NCBI GenBank assembly: GCA_038254305.1
Contig: JBBSGG010000005.1
Coordinates: 13,044 to 77,043 of the forward strand
Direction of reading: 5' to 3'
Length of the DNA: 64,000 bases
From: Pyrinomonadales bacterium
GTDB taxonomy: Bacteria; Acidobacteriota; Blastocatellia; Pyrinomonadales; Pyrinomonadaceae
Shown here: positions 37,348-47,531 of the stretch, piece by piece
Position numbering within the stretch: the stretch's first letter is position 1
How the letters are laid out: every line of letters starts with the position of its first letter
The notes under the pieces: model-generated
What the model saw: only the letters and a program-made list of their open reading frames with translations
Told to the model about the DNA's origin: nothing
Database searches by the model: none
Made by a program: the position numbers and the translations under genes

Positions 37348-39894
37348 CTATTCGTCGACCGATTCGTCGAGAGCGAGAAGCGAGGCGCTGGTCACTCGGT
37401 CCTCGTCGCCGGTCTTGATCAGCGTCACGCCCTGTGCGCTCCGGCCCGTTTCGCGTATCTTGTCGACGCCGAGACGGATCAGTTTCGCCTGCTGCGTAAT
37501 GATCATGATCTCGGAATCTTCATTGACCGGAAACGCCGCGACGACCTTGCCGGTCTTCGCCGTTGCCTTCATATTGATGACGCCTTTACCGCCGCGTTTG
37601 GTCAGTCGATAGTTCTTCACCTGCGTCTGCTTGCCGAAACCGTTCTCGGAGACCGACAGAATGTTTTCCGTTCCGTCCTGTGAGACGGCACACACCGAAA
37701 CAACGAAATCGCCTTCCCGCAGGTTAACGCCGCGAACTCCGCGTGTCGCACGTCCCATCGGCCGAACGTCGGACTCGTTAAATCGAACCGCCATACCGTC
37801 GTGCGTGGCAATGAAGATCTGGCAGCTTCCGTCCGTGCGAATAATGTCGAGCAGTTCGTCGCCGTCATCGATATTTATGGCGTTGATGCCCATCGCCCGG
37901 ATGTTCTGATAGTCGGCGAGTGCGGTCTTTTTGATGACGCCGTGCTTCGTAACCATCGTCAGGTAGATCTGCTCGCTGAAATCGCGAACCGGCATTACAG
38001 CCACGAGTTTGCGCTCGCTGGAAAGCTGAACCAGATTTACGACCGCCTTTCCGCGTGCCGACGGATCGGCTTCGGGTATCTCGTGCACCTTCATTTTGAA
38101 GACCTGGCCGTCGTCGGTAAAGATCATCAGGTAAGCGTGCGTCGACGCAATGAAAAGGTGTTCGACAAAATCCTCGTTCTTCGCCTTCGCGCCGAGTCTG
38201 CCTTTGCCGCCGCGGCCCTGTTTTGAATAGACCGAAACCGGCGTTCGCTTGATGTAGCCGGCATTGGTCACAGTGATCGCGACGTCTTCGTCCGGAATGA
38301 GATCTTCGATCGTGAGTTCGACTCCGGCATCGACGATGACCGTGCGGCGAGCGTCGCCGAAATTCTTTTTGACCTCGAGCAGCTCGTCCGTGATCACCTG
38401 GAACAACACACTGTCGTTTTGCAGGATGTTCTCGAGTTCCGCAATATGTCTGATGACCGATTCGTACTCGTCGAGTATCTTCTGACGTTCAAGCGCAGAC
38501 AATCTGCGAAGCTGCAGGTCTAAGATGGCCTGTGCCTGAATGTCCGAGAACGCGAGTGCAGCGACTACGCGGTCGAGCTCCTTTAGGAACGCCGAGACAT
38601 TCGTCTCCGTCGAGATACCTCGCCAGGACGTGACCTCGCCGACGGTCGCAAGGTTGCCGGTCAGCCACGATTTTGCTTCATCGACCGCTCTGGAATTCCG
38701 GATAAGAGGAATGATGTAATCGAGCGCGTCGATGGCTTTGTTCAAGCCTTCCAAAATGTGGGCGCGTGCCTGAGCTTTACGCAGTTCGAATTCCGTCCGG
38801 CGCCTGACAACCTCGCGGCGAAATTCGACAAACGCCTCGAGCATTTGCTTGAGCGTCAGCACACGCGGCTGTCCGTCGACGATAGCGATGTTGATGATGC
38901 CGAACGAACTCTGCAGCGGTGTCAGCTTATACAGCTTGTTGAGGACGACCTGCGGGATCGCGTCGCGTTTGAGTTCGATGACTACGCGAATTCCTTCGCG
39001 GCTCGATTCGTCGCGGATCTCCGAAATGCCGTCAAGCTTCTTTTCGTTTACCAGCTCGGCGATCTTTTCGATCAGCCGCGATTTATTTACCTGATAAGGA
39101 ATCTCCGTAACGACAACAGCATCTCGTTCGCGTTCGCCGCGGCCGATACGGTCGATCGCGGCTTTCGCACGCATTTGCAGCACACCGCGGCCTTCGCGAT
39201 ACGCACGATGGATCTCTTCACGGCCGTAGATAAATCCCGCGGTCGGAAAGTCCGGGCCCGGAACGATCTTGATAAGTTGATCGACCGTTATCGCCGGATT
39301 CTTAATCAGGGCAATCGTCGCGTCGAGGATCTCACTGAGATTATGCGGCGGGATCTTGGTCGCCATCCCGACGGCAATTCCTTCCGAGCCGTTGACGAGC
39401 AGCAGCGGGACCTTGGTCGGCAGAACCTTCGGTTCGGAAAGCGACTCGTCGTAATTTGGCTGGAAATCGACCGTCTCCTTTTCAATATCGTCGAGAACGG
39501 AGTTAGCGATCTTGGCGAGGCGGACTTCGGTGTATCGCATTGCCGCCGGGTTATCGCCGTCGATCGAACCGAAATTACCCTGTCCGTCAACCAGCGTATA
39601 TCGCATTGAAAAGTCCTGCGCCATCCGGACCACGCTGTCGTAAATAGCCGTATCGCCATGCGGATGGTACTTACCCATCACGTCGCCGACCGCACGGGCG
39701 GACTTCCGATACGGCTTGCCGGCCGTATTTCCTTGCTCGAACATGCCGAAAAGGATGCGTCTGTGAACGGGTTTGAGTCCGTCGCGAACATCGGGCAGGG
39801 CGCGGCCGATTATCACCGACATCGCGTAATCGAGGTACGACCGGCGCATCTCGTCTTCGATGTTTATTTGATTGCGGTCTACAAGTGAATCCAT
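37348..39894 (-). CDS. gyrA: DNA gyrase subunit A
   Basis: [16 protein letters not shown], active-site context AAMRYTE, and a C-terminal beta-pinwheel repeat region. Confidence 0.97.
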   Translation of the reverse strand: MDSLVDRNQINIEDEMRRSYLDYAMSVIIGRALPDVRDGLKPVHRRILFGMFEQGNTAGKPYRKSARAVGDVMGKYHPHGDTAIYDSVVRMAQDFSMRYTLVDGQGNFGSIDGDNPAAMRYTEVRLAKIANSVLDDIEKETVDFQPNYDESLSEPKVLPTKVPLLLVNGSEGIAVGMATKIPPHNLSEILDATIALIKNPAITVDQLIKIVPGPDFPTAGFIYGREEIHRAYREGRGVLQMRAKAAIDRIGRGERERDAVVVTEIPYQVNKSRLIEKIAELVNEKKLDGISEIRDESSREGIRVVIELKRDAIPQVVLNKLYKLTPLQSSFGIINIAIVDGQPRVLTLKQMLEAFVEFRREVVRRRTEFELRKAQARAHILEGLNKAIDALDYIIPLIRNSRAVDEAKSWLTGNLATVGEVTSWRGISTETNVSAFLKELDRVVAALAFSDIQAQAILDLQLRRLSALERQKILDEYESVIRHIAELENILQNDSVLFQVITDELLEVKKNFGDARRTVIVDAGVELTIEDLIPDEDVAITVTNAGYIKRTPVSVYSKQGRGGKGRLGAKAKNEDFVEHLFIASTHAYLMIFTDDGQVFKMKVHEIPEADPSARGKAVVNLVQLSSERKLVAVMPVRDFSEQIYLTMVTKHGVIKKTALADYQNIRAMGINAINIDDGDELLDIIRTDGSCQIFIATHDGMAVRFNESDVRPMGRATRGVRGVNLREGDFVVSVCAVSQDGTENILSVSENGFGKQTQVKNYRLTKRGGKGVINMKATAKTGKVVAAFPVNEDSEIMIITQQAKLIRLGVDKIRETGRSAQGVTLIKTGDEDRVTSASLLALDESVDE

Positions 39895-40134
39895 TTGAAA
39901 CTATTTTTTGCGAACAAAAATGACTGATCGGCGTATTTACAACAAGGGATGGCACGCGAAAACAAAATTAAAAAAAGATGGAAATAATCGCCGCTTGGTG
40001 ATATCCTTATTTTACAGGCCATCAGCCTGTTTAGCAACTTGCTAACCTCTCGCAAGACCTCGCTAGAATCGACCAAAACCAATCACCAATTCGATGAGAG
40101 CGGAACGTTGTTCCAGCTACTCCGAGATCTCTGA

Positions 40135-40890
40135 ATGTCATCAACCGTAATAGAAAAGGATAGCCGAAGGATCCAGCGATATGAACTCGCCCTGCCTGTC
40201 CGCGTCGAAGTTCAGATCGATAACGCCTTCGCGTGGAATGAGATAACCAGGCTTGAGGATATTTCGGCCTTCGGTGCGGGTTTTCGCCTAAAGCGGCCCG
40301 TAAAACGCGGCCGACTGCTCGTGATGAGCGTCCCGATGCCGCGGCAGCTTCGCTGCTATGACTATCTTGAGCCTCAGTACAGGGTTTGGGGACTGGTGCG
40401 TCGCTGTGTGTCGATCGATGCAGCCGACGCCGAAGAAAGCTACGCCGTCGGCGTTGCGTTCATCGGAAAAAATGCTCCGCAAAGTTATAACGAAAATCCG
40501 TCTAAACTCTACGATCTGTCGACTCGCGAAGACGGAGGCCTGTGGCAGCTCGTCGATGCAAATCCGGATCCGGACGAGGTCGATCTGCCCGCGTACCTTC
40601 GCCGACATACGCGGTTTGCGATCCCGGAATCGCTGCTTCTCGAGCTTTTGGACCAAAAAGGCGATATCGCCGCCAGCGAGGTCAGCGTCACGGAAAACCT
40701 GAGCCTGGGAGGCGCTTCGGTTTTTACTTCGTTCAACGTCAACATTGGAACGTTTTTGAGGGTCAGCAGCGAACGTCACGACCTGACGATTATTTCTATC
40801 GTCCGCGGCAAACATTTGGGCCCGGACGGCATTATTCGTCTTCATATTGAGTTTATCGATCGGCTGTTCCCGCTTGAAGGCATCGAATAG
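40135..40890 (+). CDS. Tandem PilZ-domain protein (two apparently canonical c-di-GMP binding motif sets)
   Basis: Domain 1 has RRIQR (RxxxR) and DISAFG (DxSxxG). Domain 2 has RRHTR and NLSLGG. Confidence 0.7.
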   Translation: MSSTVIEKDSRRIQRYELALPVRVEVQIDNAFAWNEITRLEDISAFGAGFRLKRPVKRGRLLVMSVPMPRQLRCYDYLEPQYRVWGLVRRCVSIDAADAEESYAVGVAFIGKNAPQSYNENPSKLYDLSTREDGGLWQLVDANPDPDEVDLPAYLRRHTRFAIPESLLLELLDQKGDIAASEVSVTENLSLGGASVFTSFNVNIGTFLRVSSERHDLTIISIVRGKHLGPDGIIRLHIEFIDRLFPLEGIE

Positions 40891-40943
40891 GCCACGTTGG
40901 ATCATTTGAGAGTATTATCTACATGGGAGTTTCCGGAGGAACA

Positions 40944-41696
40944 ATGTCAGCCAGTACCGAATTGCTCAAGCGTAGAGCCGATCTTACTTCGATGTCCTTA
41001 TATTCCGTTGTAAAAGTTAAGGAAGATGCCGACAACTTCTGGAAGGAGGTGGCTGATGTGATCAGCATTTCCGCGAGCGGCGCCGGATTTTTGCTTCCTC
41101 GTCCTTGCGAAGTAGGACGACTCGTTTCGCTTATGATGCCGATGCCGGCAAACCTCCGCAGTTACGATCAGGACAAAGAGCTTTATCGTGTCTGGGGACT
41201 AGTCCAGCACTGCAACGAAACGAAGGCGGAGGATGCTAATGGGTTTCAGGTAGGCGTCGCGTTCGTCGGTAAGAATCCTCCCGAGAGTTATTTCGTCGAC
41301 CCGGCAACCAACTACAAGATCTGCGGGATGACCGAGGAAGGTCTGTGGAAGATCACGGAAGCAAAAGGATCGTTCAAGAAGCGTCAGCACATGCGTTACT
41401 GGACGAAGATCGATCTTTATCTGGCTCTGGTTGACGGTAAGAAAGATGCGATCCGCGGCGAAAGGACCGTCACCGAAAACATCAGCCGCAGCGGCGCGGC
41501 GGTAATAACCACGCTCGATGTCAACGTCGGCGATCGTGTGAAGTTTATCAGCGAGAAATACGATTTTTCCGGACTTGCGGTGGTCTGCAACAGACAAGAG
41601 GGCGACGATAAACGCTCGCGTCTGCATCTGCAGTTTGTCGATTCGGCGTTTCCCATCGACGGGCTCGACCTCGACGCAAACGCGATCAGCGACTAA
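40944..41696 (+). CDS. Tandem PilZ-domain protein, paralogue (N-terminal domain degenerate)
   Basis: I prefer the ATG at 40944 because it is preceded by GGAGG. Domain 1 lacks RxxxR and has SISASG. Domain 2 has RQHMR and NISRSG. It is collinear with its neighbour (MPMP..LR.YD....YRVWGLV..C). Confidence 0.65.
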   Translation: MSASTELLKRRADLTSMSLYSVVKVKEDADNFWKEVADVISISASGAGFLLPRPCEVGRLVSLMMPMPANLRSYDQDKELYRVWGLVQHCNETKAEDANGFQVGVAFVGKNPPESYFVDPATNYKICGMTEEGLWKITEAKGSFKKRQHMRYWTKIDLYLALVDGKKDAIRGERTVTENISRSGAAVITTLDVNVGDRVKFISEKYDFSGLAVVCNRQEGDDKRSRLHLQFVDSAFPIDGLDLDANAISD

Positions 41697-41720
41697 ACGA
41701 TCTTAAACTTAGGAAAAGAA

Positions 41721-41750
41721 AAGCACCCCGTTCCCTGCGGTGCTTTTTTG
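41721..41750. terminator. Bidirectional intrinsic terminator
   Basis: gcacc(c)c...g(c)ggtgc stem flanked by an A-rich tract and T6, between convergent genes. Confidence 0.7.
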
Positions 41751-41773
41751 CGTCAGACGGTCCCGCTCGACCA

Positions 41774-42661
41774 TCAAGCTTCTTCGCCTTTGAACCACGA
41801 TTCGGTCATGTCGCACCAGATAGCCAGGCCTCTCCATTCACCGAAAGTTTTGTAATGCCGTTCGATCTTTTTGTCGGGGCAAACCTTCGATTTGTTGTGC
41901 CTTTCGTAAAATTTAGCCCGCAGCCAGGAATCGAGAGCTAATCCATCGTAGCGACCGAGCAGCTTCAACAAGTTTTCCGAGGCGTAATCGCCGAAACCCT
42001 TGATCTGCTTGATCTCCTTTTTAAGTTCGGCGGTGGAAAGCTCGGTCGAGAGCCAGCTTTCCGGATCGATCTCGCCGGAATGTACCGCTTTCGCCATTTC
42101 GAAGAAATAGGCCGATCGGTAGCCCGCCTTTATCTCGCTCCGATAAAAATCCTCACCGACAGCCGCCATTGCCTCTGGCGTCGGGAACGCTCGTCGGCCG
42201 CCTGCTGACGGTTCACCGAGCTTTCCGACAAGATTGTTGACCATATTCCGCGTCAGGCCCCACGAGCAATTGGTCGTGCAAAGGGTCTTCACAAGATCTT
42301 CAAAAACCGTCGGCGAGCGAAGCATTCGCCCGGCGCCGACTTCGCCGATCCACTTCATGTTTTCGATGCCCGCAACCTTCGCGTATAGCCCGTCGATATC
42401 GTCGTCGAGCCGCAAAATATGACGTGTCGCCCGAGTGATGGCTTCCTTGTTGAATTCACCCGCGCCCAGTTCGACGCGGATCGACTTTCCCGTGTCGCTG
42501 ATGGTGCCCTCGATCGGCATGTGGAGGCCCGAGAAAACGTAGCGCAGACGCAGTTTTTCGCGGTCGAGTCCAAACGGCGCGAGGTCAACCCAGCCGTGGC
42601 TCGTAACCGTGTGCCGGTAACTGAAACCCGCGGGTTTTCGGATATGAATTACCGGGCTCAT
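41774..42661 (-). CDS. HhH-GPD superfamily DNA glycosylase (AlkA / 3-methyladenine glycosylase II-like)
   Basis: Helix-hairpin-helix IKGFGDYASENLLKLLG followed by the catalytic Asp context LALDSW. Confidence 0.7.
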   Translation of the reverse strand: MSPVIHIRKPAGFSYRHTVTSHGWVDLAPFGLDREKLRLRYVFSGLHMPIEGTISDTGKSIRVELGAGEFNKEAITRATRHILRLDDDIDGLYAKVAGIENMKWIGEVGAGRMLRSPTVFEDLVKTLCTTNCSWGLTRNMVNNLVGKLGEPSAGGRRAFPTPEAMAAVGEDFYRSEIKAGYRSAYFFEMAKAVHSGEIDPESWLSTELSTAELKKEIKQIKGFGDYASENLLKLLGRYDGLALDSWLRAKFYERHNKSKVCPDKKIERHYKTFGEWRGLAIWCDMTESWFKGEEA

Positions 42662-42921
42662 ATGACAAATACTGCTTTCGCCGATATTTCTTTACAAACC
42701 ATGTGATTTGATAGACTATTCATCGGGCCGAACACTCTAACAACCTGTAATGCGAATCGGGATTCGGGATGACTCGCCCAAAAATTGATGTTGCGGTCTA
42801 TTGGCGATTTCTCTATAGTAGATAGTGCTAAATAACATTTAACACACGTCCCGGGATCTTCGCGTTTTTTCTACATAATAATTCAAGTCACAGACTACGC
42901 TACTCTTCTGGAGGAACAGGC

Positions 42922-45123
42922 ATGGTAAGCACGAACTCGATCTGGCTCCGCCGTCTATCGGGAATATTTCTCGCGACTCTGATGTTTCTGAGCACGGCCG
43001 CCTTTGCTCAGGACAATACCGACCCCGATCCGAATTCGCCGACGCCTGTCCTGTTAAGCGAAAATGATTCGACGCGTGCGCTCGTTTCGGCGCCGAACCA
43101 GCGAAAAGGACGAACTGCGCCGCTCGCTGCCAGTCGTGCTTTCGCGCTAGGAAACAAAATAAACCTGTTCGCTTCGAATATCGCATTGATGGACGGCGAA
43201 GGTGTCAACGCCTTTCGCATCAACGTCGAAGATGCCGCAGGACGCGCTTATCGATTTCCCGTTATCGAAATGCAGCGCGTAAAGGGCGACGACGGTGTTT
43301 ATCAGTTCACGGTTCTGCTTCGTGATGAACTCGGTTTTTGGACCGACCCGCTGCCGGACGGCGATGTGCTGGTCGCTCTGACGTGGCGCGGGCTTTCCAG
43401 CAACCGCGTACGCCTCGGCCTCGGCGCAACCGGCGGCTCTATAAAAGACGATCCGGGCGCTGTGCCGACACCTCGCGGCGCAAGTGCCGCAAAGATCTCT
43501 TCACCGAACACTGCCGACTACATCGGCTATCGTTACTCCGGCGACCGAAAGCGTTTTCTGGAACAAGCGACGTTCGGCCCGACCGTCGATCTCGACCAGC
43601 AGATCCGCCGCATCGGCATTCGAACATGGCTAGCTCAGCAATTTGAGGCGTCATATCCGTCGCTCAACAATCCGTATCCGGATATCTCTCTCAAATCGAC
43701 CAATCAGAACGATGTCACGCTTGGCTGCGGCGCCAACGACGGTTCGGCCGCATACCGGATCTGTATACGCGATTATTACTCGATGTACCCGGTACAGAAA
43801 TGGTTCTACACCGAGGCATTTTACGGCGATTCGCAGCTTCGCCACCGCGTTTCCTGGGCACTAGACCAGATGTGGGTCATCTCGGGGAGCGACACGCAGC
43901 AGTCGAGCTGGATGATCACTTATCAACAGGCGATCTCGAAGAACGCGTTCGGTAATTTCAAGACGCTCATAAAGGACATGACGCTTAATCCGGGAATGGG
44001 AAATTACCTCGACATGGTCAGGAGCACCAAGGCGAACCCAAATGAGAATTATGCCCGTGAGATAATGCAGCTTTTCACGGTCGGTCTTTACATGCTCAAT
44101 CAGGACGGAACTCTGCAGCGTGACGCTTCAAATAATCCGATCCCGACCTATGACCAGACGGCCGTGACCAATCTGACCAAGGTGCTCACCGGCTGGACAT
44201 TTTGCAACGTCGGCTGCGTAAACTCGCTGCCGGGAATCGTCAATTACAAGGACCCGCTGATCCTTAATCAAACAAATCACGACGTGACAGCAAAAACCCT
44301 GCTCGCATATCCGAACGCCGTGAACCAAAATATTCCCGCGAATCAAAACGGTGCGGCGGAACTCGACCTGGCGATCGACAACATCTTTTACCACCCGAAT
44401 CTCGGACCGACGGTAGGCAAATTCCTGATCCAACACTTGGTCACCAGCAATCCGACGCCGGCATACGTGGGGCGTGTCGCGGCTGCATTTAACAACAACG
44501 GCCTCGGCGTTCGCGGTGATATGAAAGCCGTCGTTCGTGCCATTCTTACCGATCCGGAAGCACGGGGCGACGTTAAAACGGATCCGAATTACGGCAAACT
44601 TCGCGAACCCGTTCAACTTGTTACGAACATCGCCCGCCAGTTCGACGTGAAATCGGCAAACCTCGGCGGCCCGAGCGACGGTGTGGTAAATAATCTTGCT
44701 TCTGCCATCGGCCAGAATGCCTTTAACTCGCCCACCGTGTTCAATTTCTATCCGCCGGATTACATGATCCCGGGAACCGCCCTTCCTGGGCCCGAATTCG
44801 CGATCATGACCACGAGCACCTCGATCGGTCGTGCCAACCTCGGCAATTCGATGGTATACAGCCAGATCGGCGTCAGCGAAAATGCTCCGGCAGGGACGAA
44901 GATCGATCTGACAGCAATGCAGGCACTGGTTGCCGCCGATCCGAGCTGCAATCGGCTGCTTGACGTTTTGAACGATCGGATGCTCGGCGGAACGATGTCG
45001 GCGGATATGCGGCAATCGATACTCACGGCTATCACCTCCATCGCCGCCTCAAGCACGCTTGCACGTGCGCAGGGTGCGGTTTATCTAGTGGCAACTTCGT
45101 CGCAGTATCAGGTCCAGAGGTAA
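42922..45123 (+). CDS. DUF1800 domain-containing secreted protein
   Basis: GGAGG RBS and a signal peptide. RFLEQATFGPT and NENYAREIMQLFTVG are typical DUF1800 motifs. Confidence 0.8.
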   Translation: MVSTNSIWLRRLSGIFLATLMFLSTAAFAQDNTDPDPNSPTPVLLSENDSTRALVSAPNQRKGRTAPLAASRAFALGNKINLFASNIALMDGEGVNAFRINVEDAAGRAYRFPVIEMQRVKGDDGVYQFTVLLRDELGFWTDPLPDGDVLVALTWRGLSSNRVRLGLGATGGSIKDDPGAVPTPRGASAAKISSPNTADYIGYRYSGDRKRFLEQATFGPTVDLDQQIRRIGIRTWLAQQFEASYPSLNNPYPDISLKSTNQNDVTLGCGANDGSAAYRICIRDYYSMYPVQKWFYTEAFYGDSQLRHRVSWALDQMWVISGSDTQQSSWMITYQQAISKNAFGNFKTLIKDMTLNPGMGNYLDMVRSTKANPNENYAREIMQLFTVGLYMLNQDGTLQRDASNNPIPTYDQTAVTNLTKVLTGWTFCNVGCVNSLPGIVNYKDPLILNQTNHDVTAKTLLAYPNAVNQNIPANQNGAAELDLAIDNIFYHPNLGPTVGKFLIQHLVTSNPTPAYVGRVAAAFNNNGLGVRGDMKAVVRAILTDPEARGDVKTDPNYGKLREPVQLVTNIARQFDVKSANLGGPSDGVVNNLASAIGQNAFNSPTVFNFYPPDYMIPGTALPGPEFAIMTTSTSIGRANLGNSMVYSQIGVSENAPAGTKIDLTAMQALVAADPSCNRLLDVLNDRMLGGTMSADMRQSILTAITSIAASSTLARAQGAVYLVATSSQYQVQR

Positions 45124-45128
45124 ATACA

Positions 45129-46619
45129 ATGAATGATTCAAGACGTGATTTTTTAAAAAAATCTGTATGCGGCCTCGGCATGGTCACACTTGCGACGCAG
45201 ATGGAGCATTTCGGCCTGATAAGCGCTCTCGCGCAGAAAACGGCGAGTGAACCCGTCCCGGAAGGAGGCGCGGCATACAAGGCGCTCGTTCTCGTTTATA
45301 TGGCTGGCGGGAATGACGGAAACAACACTCTCATACCCAATCACAGCGACGCGACCATCAGTAATTACGGCGCGTATTCGGCGGCCCGTTCGGCGCAAGG
45401 GCTTGCGATACCACAGGGACAGCTTTTGCCGATCGCGGTTCCGCGAATGGGCGGGTTGACCTACGGCCTGAACCCGAACCTCGGCCCGATCACCGGCGGA
45501 ATCAATAACGGGATTCATGAACTTTGGGCACAAGGCAAAATGGCAATGGTTCCGAATGTCGGCAACCTCGTACGGCCCCTGACGAAAACGACCTATCAAA
45601 ACGGAACGGTGCAAAGGCCCTATCAGTTGTTTTCGCACTCCGATCAAGTCAATCAATCGCAGACGAGCAATTCGAGCGGCGAAGTATTTACCGGCTGGGG
45701 CGGTCGCGTTTCCGACAAGATGACCCTCGGCAATAATCCGAACGGGCTGATCCCAATGATCACATCGATCTCGGGCTCACAGCTTTTCACCGCCGGGCAG
45801 TCGACTCTGCCGCTTGCGATCAACAATGCCGGTACGGCCTTGGCGAACGTTCTTAATCCCAGCGGATTCACCAACACGGGCGGGCCGGCACGCCTGACAT
45901 CGTTCAACCAGCTCCGCACATACGACCTGAGCTCGAACTACATCGCGGCTGCAAGCCACGTCACCGACCTTGCCATGCAGGCGAACGCGGCGCTGGCGTC
46001 GACCCAGGAAGTCACCGTGACATTTCCGACGACGAGCATCGGCCTACAGTTGAAGCAGGTCGCCCGGCTCGTTAAGGACCGCTTTGATCTGAATATCAAC
46101 CGGCAGATCTTTTACGTGCAGATCGGCAGCTTTGACACGCATACCAGCCAGCTTTCGAACAACGGTCAAACCGGGTTGCTCGGACAGTTCGGCCAGGCGG
46201 TACGTGCTTTCTATGACGAGATGACCGCACAGGGCGTCCAAAACGACGTGACGCTATTCACGCTTTCCGACTTCGGACGCACGCTGATCCCGGCCGGAAG
46301 CGGAGCAACCGTCGGAACCGATCATGCCTGGGGCAATCACATGTTCGTCATCGGCGGATCGGTGCTCGGCGGGGATTTCTACGGAGTTAACGGTTCGAAT
46401 GGAACGCCGTTCCCGACACTTTCGGTGGGTACGGCTGCACCGGACGACACGGACAACGGGAGCGGAGCACGCGGACGCTGGATACCGACTACATCTGTCG
46501 ATCAGTACGCGTCGACATTGGCTGGATGGTTCGGCTTGCCGCAGGACACTGCCACGCTCAATTCGGTCTTTCCGAATCTCGGCAATTTCTCGACCTCCAA
46601 CCTCGGTTTCCTGCCGTAA
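45129..46619 (+). CDS. DUF1501 domain-containing protein (sulfatase-like fold) with Tat signal
   Basis: Twin-arginine leader SRRDFLKKS and IGSFDTH/DHAWGNH metal-site-like motifs. It forms the canonical pair with DUF1800. Confidence 0.85.
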   Translation: MNDSRRDFLKKSVCGLGMVTLATQMEHFGLISALAQKTASEPVPEGGAAYKALVLVYMAGGNDGNNTLIPNHSDATISNYGAYSAARSAQGLAIPQGQLLPIAVPRMGGLTYGLNPNLGPITGGINNGIHELWAQGKMAMVPNVGNLVRPLTKTTYQNGTVQRPYQLFSHSDQVNQSQTSNSSGEVFTGWGGRVSDKMTLGNNPNGLIPMITSISGSQLFTAGQSTLPLAINNAGTALANVLNPSGFTNTGGPARLTSFNQLRTYDLSSNYIAAASHVTDLAMQANAALASTQEVTVTFPTTSIGLQLKQVARLVKDRFDLNINRQIFYVQIGSFDTHTSQLSNNGQTGLLGQFGQAVRAFYDEMTAQGVQNDVTLFTLSDFGRTLIPAGSGATVGTDHAWGNHMFVIGGSVLGGDFYGVNGSNGTPFPTLSVGTAAPDDTDNGSGARGRWIPTTSVDQYASTLAGWFGLPQDTATLNSVFPNLGNFSTSNLGFLP

Positions 46620-46641
46620 GTGAATGGTTAAGCGCTTGCAC

Positions 46642-46676
46642 AGGCCCCGACGGGCAATTGCTGTCGGGGCCTTTTT
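46642..46676 (+). terminator. Intrinsic terminator after the DUF1800/DUF1501 pair
   Basis: aggccccgac-N11-gtcggggcct followed by T5. Confidence 0.85.
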
Positions 46677-46759
46677 ACGTTTCCGCTTGGCTTCGGTGCT
46701 CACTCGATCGGGCACCATTCTTGAACTTTTCCCGCCCGCACCATAATATTTACGCAGCC

Positions 46760-47449
46760 GTGAACCTTCCCAATTACTTAACGCTTACCCGCATCCTGAT
46801 CGTTCCGCTGCTTGTCGTCGTTCTTCTGACGCCGGTGGCCGAGCAATGGGTTGGCGTCAGCGGCGACGCTCTCGCGATCGCGATCTTTCTGGTTGCATCC
46901 TTCACCGATGTTCTGGACGGACACCTGGCGCGCCGCCGCAATCAGGTCTCGACGCTCGGCAAATTTCTCGATCCGATCGCCGACAAGCTGCTAGTATCCG
47001 CCGCGTTGATCGTTCTCGTCGAGAAACATCTCGCGCCGTCGTGGGCGGTGGTGATGATACTTGGACGCGAATTCATCGTCACCGGGCTGCGGTCGGTCGC
47101 CGCCGCTGAGGGCATAATAATTTCGGCGAAAAACAGCGGTAAGATAAAAATGTGGGCGCAGTGCGTCGCGATCGTTTCACTGCTTGTCGCGTCCGCGGCC
47201 GGTCCGCCGCCGGTGTCTAACTTCGGTATGGAATACCCGACTTTTCGATTTTGGGAAGTCGCCGAGGTTCAGACCGCGTTCACGCACCTTCCCTCATTTG
47301 CACTAACAACCGCCGACTGGCGAGTCTTCGGCTATCTCGTCGGCCGGGCCGCTCTGTGGGTGTCGGTGATCACGGCGTGCTGGTCGATGTACGAATATAT
47401 CTCCTACTTTGTCCGCGAACGACAAAAACCCGCGGACGTGGAAGCCTAA
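46760..47449 (+). CDS. pgsA: CDP-diacylglycerol--glycerol-3-phosphate 3-phosphatidyltransferase
   Basis: GTG start at 46760 (VNLPNYLTLTRIL...). The listed longer ORF runs through the upstream terminator. Signature DVLDGHLARRRNQVSTLGKFLDPIADK. Confidence 0.8.
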   Translation: MNLPNYLTLTRILIVPLLVVVLLTPVAEQWVGVSGDALAIAIFLVASFTDVLDGHLARRRNQVSTLGKFLDPIADKLLVSAALIVLVEKHLAPSWAVVMILGREFIVTGLRSVAAAEGIIISAKNSGKIKMWAQCVAIVSLLVASAAGPPPVSNFGMEYPTFRFWEVAEVQTAFTHLPSFALTTADWRVFGYLVGRAALWVSVITACWSMYEYISYFVRERQKPADVEA

Positions 47450-47486
47450 GTTTTTCATTACAAAAAAAGACCCGGACAAAAAAAGA

Positions 47487-47508
47487 CCCGGCTGTTCGAT
47501 CAGCCGGG
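47487..47508 (-). terminator. Intrinsic terminator for the minus-strand secreted-protein gene
   Basis: cccggctg-ttcgat-cagccggg stem. On the minus strand it is followed by TCTTTTTTT. Confidence 0.7.
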
Positions 47509-47531
47509 CCGTTCCAGTTTGAGAAGATCGA

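Noticed and set aside
47462-47491. Direct duplication of AAAAAAAGACCCGG (47462-47475 and 47478-47491).
   Set aside because: It is part of the A/T-tract and left arm of the terminator hairpin between convergent genes. It is most simply a local slippage duplication with no independent function.
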